Positions 8,957 to 14,715 of a DNA stretch of 14,715 nucleotides are shown in pieces. Each line of letters begins with the position of its first letter. Positions within the stretch are counted from its first letter, which is position 1. The notes under the pieces are model-generated. The model searched no databases. It worked only from the letters and a program-made list of their open reading frames with translations, and was not told the DNA's origin. The DNA lies in NCBI GenBank assembly GCA_963736855.1, contig CAVTQK010000010.1, positions 1-14,715 on the forward strand, in the 5' to 3' direction. Made by a program: the position numbers and the translations under genes. This DNA comes from an uncultured delta proteobacterium. GTDB taxonomy: Bacteria; Desulfobacterota; Desulfobacteria; Desulfobacterales; UBA2156.

Positions 8957-9289
8957 TTATTGCTGCCATCCGCCGAGCAGGTGCAAATGAAGATGAAAAA
9001 TCACCTGCCCGCCCCCTCGCTCGACATTAAAAAACAGTTTATATCCGGACATGTGTATCTCAAGGCGTCTGGCCATCTCCTGGCTGTTAAAACTACAATG
9101 GCAAGGAGTTGCCCGATCCGCATCCTCCATATCATTGATGCTTCGAATATGCTTTTTGGGCACGATCAGCAGGTAAACCGGGGCATGGGGGCGGATATCC
9201 CTGAACACCACCAATCGATCGGTTTCATGCAAAAACTCCGTATCCGTCTTCCCGGAAGAAATCTTGCAAAACAAACAGTCGGTTTCCAT
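8957..9289 (-). CDS. HIT (histidine triad) nucleotide-binding protein, HinT-like
   Basis: DCLFCKI, VFRDIRPHAP, LLIVPKKHI, GYKLFFNVERGGGQVIFHLHLHLLGG (HxHxHxx triad). Start is ATG 9289 (AAGGA 8 nt upstream) or 9295. A short middle stretch looks garbled by compensating indels. Confidence 0.93.
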   Translation of the reverse strand: METDCLFCKISSGKTDTEFLHETDRLVVFRDIRPHAPVYLLIVPKKHIRSINDMEDADRATPCHCSFNSQEMARRLEIHMSGYKLFFNVERGGGQVIFHLHLHLLGGWQQ

Positions 9290-9305
9290 GTTCATTTTCC
9301 TTAGA

Positions 9306-9342
9306 CCTAAATTGATCGTTTTAAATAATCGCTCAATTTAGG
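9306..9342. repeat. 37-bp imperfect inverted repeat between aat and the HIT gene
   Basis: CCTAAATTGA (9306-9315) and TCAATTTAGG (9333-9342) are perfect 10-bp arms, extendable to 14/16. Confidence 0.7.
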
Positions 9343-10078
9343 CTAGAGTATTTTCGAATCGTTCTTCGAATGCAGCGCCTTTTCTTTATCAATTTTCCAT
9401 TTTCCCGGCCGGGTGGGAGTTTTCAGGGACTTTTCCAGAATCTCTAAAAATAGACCGCGCGGTATATGCTTGGGCTCCCATGCGTATCAGGTAAGTCGTA
9501 GTGGTTTGGCAATCGATCATAGAAAAGGACCATTTTAAAAGCTGACCGACAAGGATCGACCAGCGCCACCTTCGATGCGTTGGGTATACGACTGAACATG
9601 GATTCACCGAAAAAGCTACTTCCCAACGCCACACCATAAAGACCGCCGCAAATTTTGTCCTCATTCCAAATTTCCACCGAATGGGCAAATCCATATTCAT
9701 GAAGGCGACAATAAGCTTCGATCATGTTTTGATCGATCCAAGTCTCTCCCCCTCTTTCCAGAACAGACCCGGCCGCATTCGGTGATCACCTCCCGGAAAG
9801 CCGTATCCATGGTTACCGTAAAAGGTCCGTTCTTAAGCACCCGCTTGAGGCGTCTTGAAATATGGAGCTTTTTCGGGAAAAGCACCAGACGGGGATCCGG
9901 AGACCACCACAGGATAGGTTCACCTCCTCCGTACCATGGAAAGATCCCGTTTCGATAGGCGGCAATCAGGCGTTCAATGCTAAGATCACCAGCCTGCCGC
10001 CAGAAGACCGTTGCTCTGGGCAAGGTACGACGGAGGAAAAACCGGTTTATCTGAAAGGAGAAAAACAGCCATTGGCAT
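9338..10078 (-). CDS. aat: Leucyl/phenylalanyl-tRNA--protein transferase, several apparent frameshifts
   Basis: Pieces join as [16 protein letters not shown]...[27 protein letters not shown]...[15 protein letters not shown]...[20 protein letters not shown]...[29 protein letters not shown]...[14 protein letters not shown]...PTRPGKWKI...TLA-stop (9338-9340). Confidence 0.93.
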
Positions 10079-10185
10079 TTCGGTGTGACCGGCCGCCTGG
10101 ACTCAGCATAAACCAGTTGCCGGCGATTATGGAAACGGGCACGGATCGAAGCGTTCGGTTGCCCGGAAGTTGAAAAACAGGGCCT

Positions 10186-12429
10186 TTATGTAAATTCAAA
10201 TTGCAGCGTATCCGTTTTCAGATAAATGGCAACCTTCCCTCCTTTTTCCAACTTTCCGAACAAGATCTGTTCAGACAAAACATCTTTGATTTCCGTCTGG
10301 ATCACCCGGGCCAAAGGCCTGGCCCCATAAGTGGGGTCATACCCTTTTTGAGCCAGGTACCGCCGAACATCCGGAGACATGGAGACAGTGACTTTCTTGG
10401 GAATCAGCTGATCGTTCAGCTCATCCATAAATTTGTCCACGATCTTTTCCACAATATCCAGGGAAAGCGCACTGAAGTGAACGATGGCATCCAAACGGTT
10501 TCGAAATTCCGGGCTGAAAAAGCTTTCCACGGCCTTTTTCCCCTTGGCTTTCAAGTCGCCCTTGGGATCGCCGAATCCGATAGTCATGGAACTCATCTCT
10601 CGCGCCCCTGCATTGGACGTCATGATCAGGATGACGTTGCGGAAGTCAGCCTCTCACGGCCGTTGGTATCCGTCAATTTGCCGTGATCCATGATCTGCAA
10701 CAGGATGTTGTAAACATCGGGGTGGGCCTTCTCGATTTCGTCCAGCAGCAGCACGGCGTGCGGGTTGCGCGTGACCGCCTCGGTCAACAGGCCTCCCTGG
10801 TCAAAACCCACGTATCCCGGCGGCGCTCCGACCAGTCGCGGAGACCGAATGTGCTTCCATGTATTCGACATGTCAAAGCGGATCAACTCGATACCGAGGA
10901 TCATCGCCAGTCTGCCGGGTCACCTCGGTCTTGCCGACACCGGTCGGGCCCGGCGAACAGGAATGAGCCAATGGGTTTCTCTTCATCACCCAGGCCGGAG
11001 CGGGACATCTTGATGGCGGCGGCGAGTGCGTTGATGGCCTCATCCTGACCAAAAATGGTCAGCTTCAGATCGCGCTTCCAGTTCCTGCGGCGGGCGTCGT
11101 CGTTCCGGACGCGACACACTCTTGGGCGGGATCTGCGCCATGTTGGCCACGATCGTCTCGATGTCGTGTAGGATGAAGCAGTTTCCTGCGACCGCCCCCA
11201 CCGGAGCATGCGTGCCGCGCTCCCGCCTCATCGATGACATCGATGGCCTTGTCCGGAAGGAAACGGTCATTGATATATTTGGCGCTCAGTTCCACCGCTG
11301 CCTTCAGGGCGGCATCCGTATAGACGATTCCGTGATGGGCCTCATATCTGGATTTAAGCCCTTTTAAAATCTGAATGGTTTCGGAAACAGGGGGTTCCGG
11401 AACTTGGATCTTTTCGAACCGGCGGGACATGGCCCGGTCTTTTTCAAAGTGGTTCTTATATTCCTCGTAGGTGGTGGATCCGATGCATCTCAGTTCGCCG
11501 GTAGCAAAGACCGGCTTGAGGATGTTGGACGCATCCATGGAGCCGCTGGATGTGGCACCGGCCCCGACGATGGTATGGATTTCATCGATGAACAAAATGG
11601 CGTTCTTCTTGTTTTTCAGCTCGGCGATTACTCCTTTAAGGCGTTGTTCGAAATCACCACAAATTGGTCCCTGCCAGCAATGCCCCCATATCCAACGAAT
11701 AGATCTGGACATTTTTCAACAGGTCCGGATGTCTCCCTTGTGGATCTTGCGCCAGTCCCTCTGCGAGGGCCGTCTTCCCCACACCGGGATCTCCCACGAA
11801 AATCGGGTTATTCTTACGTCTGCGGCAGAGAACCTGCACGGTCCGCTCCAGTTCCCGTTCCCTTCCGATCGAGAGGATCGAGCTTTTCCTTTGCCGCCAT
11901 CTCCATCAGGTCGACCGTAAATAACGCCAGGGGATCGTCCTTTTTCTTTTCCGCCTTCTGGGTTTTGACAAACCCTCCGATCACGTCCGCAAACGGATCT
12001 TTGGGCACGCCGTGGGTAATAGAGTTGAGAACGTCCAGCCGGGTGATCCCCTCCTGTCCTAAGAAATAAGCCGCATAGGAATCGGTTTCCAGAAAAATGG
12101 AGGCTAAAATGTCACCGATTTCCACTTCCTGTTTCTCGGCATTTCGCACGTGATTGACTGCGCGCTGGATGACTCTCTGGAATCCCAGCGTCTGCTGGAG
12201 CACGTAATCGCTTTCCTCCGGAACTGTCGCCATCTTTTCATCGAAGAATCGCTTCAGGCGTTGCTTAAGATTGCCGATGTCTCCACCGCAGTTCTGAATG
12301 ATTTCTTTCCCATTTTCATCATGAAGAATGGCAAACAGGATATGTTCGATGGAGACATACTCGTGGCGTCTTCTCTTTGGCTTCACTGACGGCAAAACCG
12401 AGCGTCGCGCTCAATTCTTTGCTGATCAT
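10186..12429 (-). CDS. clpA: ATP-dependent Clp protease ATP-binding subunit ClpA, many apparent frameshifts
   Basis: [18 protein letters not shown]...[14 protein letters not shown]...[12 protein letters not shown] (N-domain). NBD1: [56 protein letters not shown]2: FLFAGP(T)[57 protein letters not shown]. No ClpB/ClpC middle domain; lies directly downstream of clpS. Confidence 0.95.
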
Positions 12430-12433
12430 CGGT

Positions 12434-12747
12434 TTACTCTCTTTCCATGGTGCATTTTAGCGGAAAACTGTTTTCATGCGCCAGTGCATGAACCTTTTGG
12501 ACTTTTGTTTCCGCAACCTCAAAGGTGAACACTCCGCATATCCCGATACCGATTTTGTGTACATTCAGCATGATCCGTGTGGCATCTCCCATCGACTTGT
12601 TGAAAACACTCATTAGAATAAAAACGACGAAATCCATGGTGGTATAATCATCATTGTGAGAAATTTACGATACATAGCCGGCTCCCGTGTCTCAACATCG
12701 GACTCCGAAAGGGCGGTTTCTTCTTCACCGGGTTCGTATCCACCCAT
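12434..12747 (-). CDS. clpS: ClpAP adaptor ClpS, one apparent frameshift near 12660
   Basis: [27 protein letters not shown] / [80 protein letters not shown] at 12757-12760 (minus strand). Confidence 0.95.
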
Positions 12748-12809
12748 TCATCTTTTCTCCTAAAATGACGATTCATCGGCTCATTTCATTAAAAGGGGCT
12801 TATATTAGA

Positions 12810-12838
12810 AATATAAAGTTGCAGACTGTAAAAATCAA
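12810..12838 (-). promoter_or_regulatory. Sigma70-type promoter for clpS-clpA
   Basis: Minus strand: TTGATT (12838-12833), 17 bp, TATATT (12815-12810), about 60 bp upstream of the clpS start. Confidence 0.65.
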
Positions 12839-12856
12839 GCCCTACGACGCCTTGAA

Positions 12857-13021
12857 ATTAATCTTGATGGCTTCGTAAAAAGTCCAATTTCTGCGTTGCG
12901 CTTCATCCCGTTGCGATTTCGACGTACGATAAGTACGCCTCATCACACAGGATTCGCGACGCCTTGAACTTGAACTTTTTACTTTGCCATCTAATTTTCG
13001 ACTTTTTATGAGTTCATTAAT
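12857..13021. repeat. ~165-bp palindromic intergenic element (REP/MITE-like or structured RNA)
   Basis: Arm A 12866-12891 GATGGCTTCGTAAAAAGTCCAATTTC pairs with arm B 12966-12991 (21/26). Inner stems and an apical CGTAC-GATAA-GTACG hairpin. A third arm copy lies at 13000-13018. ATTAAT at both ends. Confidence 0.8.
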
Positions 13022-13042
13022 CTCCAAACCTAGCGATATTTT

Positions 13043-14715
13043 TTAGCGACTACAACATTTCTTGTATTTTTTACCGCTGCCGCACGGGCATGGATCGTTT
13101 CTTCCTACCTTTTTCTGATCTTCCGTCGCACCGGTTCTTTTCGGTCTCCTTCGTCACCGCCGGGACTAAATAAGCATCTGTTCCTTGGGCTTTTGCGAGC
13201 TCCGAAAGACTTTCCGGTTGGTGCGGGATCTCTCCAATACGAAACAGGATTCCAAGCGTCTCTTCCTTGACCCGGGAAATCATGTCGGACAAACATCCCG
13301 AAACCCTCTTTCTTATAAACCAATAGAGGATCCTGCTGGGCATATCCCCGAAGGCCGATCCCCTCTTTGAGATGGTCCATGCTGAGCAGATGGTCTTTCC
13401 ATAGATGGTCCACGGTCTGGAGCATAACGATGCGTTCCAATTCCCGACACTGTTCGACGCCTATGGCCTTTTCCCGCGTCTCATAGACTTCGAGCGCGCG
13501 CTTCGTTATCGTTTCAGCCAGCCCATCGGGATCTTCGCCCTCCAATGTCTCATCGCCTACATCGAGTTGAAAATTGAACTGCTTGAATACCGCTTCCCGA
13601 AGGCCTTTGATGTTCCATTCCTCGGACGGCACCTTTTCATCGGCATATGTTGTGGCGATTTCCGCGGCTTTTTCTCCGATCATCTCTATAATGTTGCCTT
13701 TCAGGCTTTCACCAGCTGAGGGTCTCCCGCCGCTGACGATAGATGACCTCCCTCTGCTGGTTCATCACGTTGTCATATTCCAGAAGTTGCTTACGAATCT
13801 CGAAGTTATGAGCCTCCACCTTCTTCTGAGCGTTTTCGATGGCTTTGGAAATGTAAGGATGTTCGATGGGTTCACCCTCCTGCATGCCCCCCATTCCCGA
13901 AACTACCCCGATCCGTTCACCCCCGAAGATCCGGAGCAAATCATCCTCCAGGGCCAGATAAAACCGCGATGTACCAATACCTTGCCTGCCGGAACGACCT
14001 CGAAGCTGGTTGTCGATTCGCCGGCTTTCATGTCGCTCCGTCCCGAGGATATGGAGCCCTCCCAGTTCGACAACACCCTCTCCCAAGACGATGTCTGTCC
14101 CGCGGCCCGCCATGTTGGTGGAAATGGTGACAGCCCCTTTCTGCCCGGCCATGGCCACGATTTCAGCTTCCTTCTTGTGGTTCTTGGCGTTTAGGACCGA
14201 GTGCTTGACCCCCCGCTTGCTCAGCTTTTCACTCAAGGCTTCGGAGACGTCGATGGAGATCGTCCCTACCAGGACCGGTTGTCCCCGACGGTAGCAATCC
14301 TCGATCTCATTTAAGGCCGCCTCATATTTTTCTTTCTTGGTCTTATAGATCACATCAGGATGATCCGTCCGGATCATCGGCTTATGTGTCGGGATTACGC
14401 AGACATCCAGATTATAAATCTTTTTCGAATTCAGCCGCTTCCGTGTCTGCAGTGCCTGTCATCCCGGCCAGCTTTTTATACATCCTGAAATAATTTTGAA
14501 AAGTAATGGTGGCAAGCGTCTGGTTTTCGTTCTCGATCTTGACGTTTTCTTTGGCCTCCAGGGCCTGGTGCAGCCCCTCGCTATAGCGCCGGCCGGGCAT
14601 GAGACGACCTGTAAATTCGTCAACGATGACCACCTCTCCGTCTTTGACGATATAATCCACATCCCGCTTGAAGAGCTGATGAGCCTTCAGCGCCTGATTA
14701 ACGTGGTGCAGCAGT
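13043..14715 (-). CDS. secA: Preprotein translocase subunit SecA, 5' half outside window, several apparent frameshifts
   Basis: [37 protein letters not shown]...[31 protein letters not shown]...[11 protein letters not shown]...VLNAK...[13 protein letters not shown]...[22 protein letters not shown]...[16 protein letters not shown]...[26 protein letters not shown]...[25 protein letters not shown] (SEC-C motif; stop at 13043-13045). Confidence 0.97.

Noticed and set aside
9173..9178. Tyr in place of the usual His in the HIT motif APVHxLIVPK
   Set aside because: A single-base difference (TAC vs CAC) in an error-rich sequence; not interpretable without reads.
10136..10165. Hairpin CGGGCA...CGAA-GCG-TTCG...TGCCCG between clpA and aat as a terminator
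   Set aside because: The stem is interrupted and followed by only three U residues on the minus strand, which is too weak to call.
12857..13021. CRISPR array or intrinsic terminator reading of the repeated arms
   Set aside because: The arms are inverted and degenerate, with no regular repeat-spacer period and no cas genes. The structure is much longer than a terminator.
12842..13027. 61-aa minus-strand ORF (and 12687-12878 on plus) over the secA-clpS gap
   Set aside because: They overlap the palindromic element and the clpS promoter or start and show no protein features, so they are likely spurious.
13574..14194. 206-aa plus-strand ORF and other plus-strand ORFs over 10201-12528
   Set aside because: They are antisense to secA or clpA and carry no motifs.

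Overview
Bacterial chromosomal window. Gene content suggests a Desulfobacterota/deltaproteobacterial anaerobe (inference). Left to right: kdsB (minus, runs off the left edge); a divergent sigma70 promoter driving a ~4.4-kb double-ATPase CoA-substrate-specific enzyme activase fusion; a complete 1,271-bp IS3-family element inserted in that gene's last codons; a DUF4388 + cNMP-binding-domain gene; and a PfkB kinase. A convergent minus-strand block follows: secA (runs off the right edge), a ~165-bp palindromic element, then clpS-clpA-aat-HIT. Most chromosomal genes, including essential secA, are broken by many small indels, most simply explained as sequencing or consensus error. Best leads: (1) the REP/MITE-like hairpin element between secA and clpS, with a 12-bp match between its flank and its interior; (2) the IS3 has no target duplication, sits next to a host sequence resembling its own left end, and supplies the activase stop codon; (3) a GC-rich, possibly foreign patch inside clpA; (4) atypical cNMP pockets in the DUF4388 protein. 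I found no clear novel multi-gene system.
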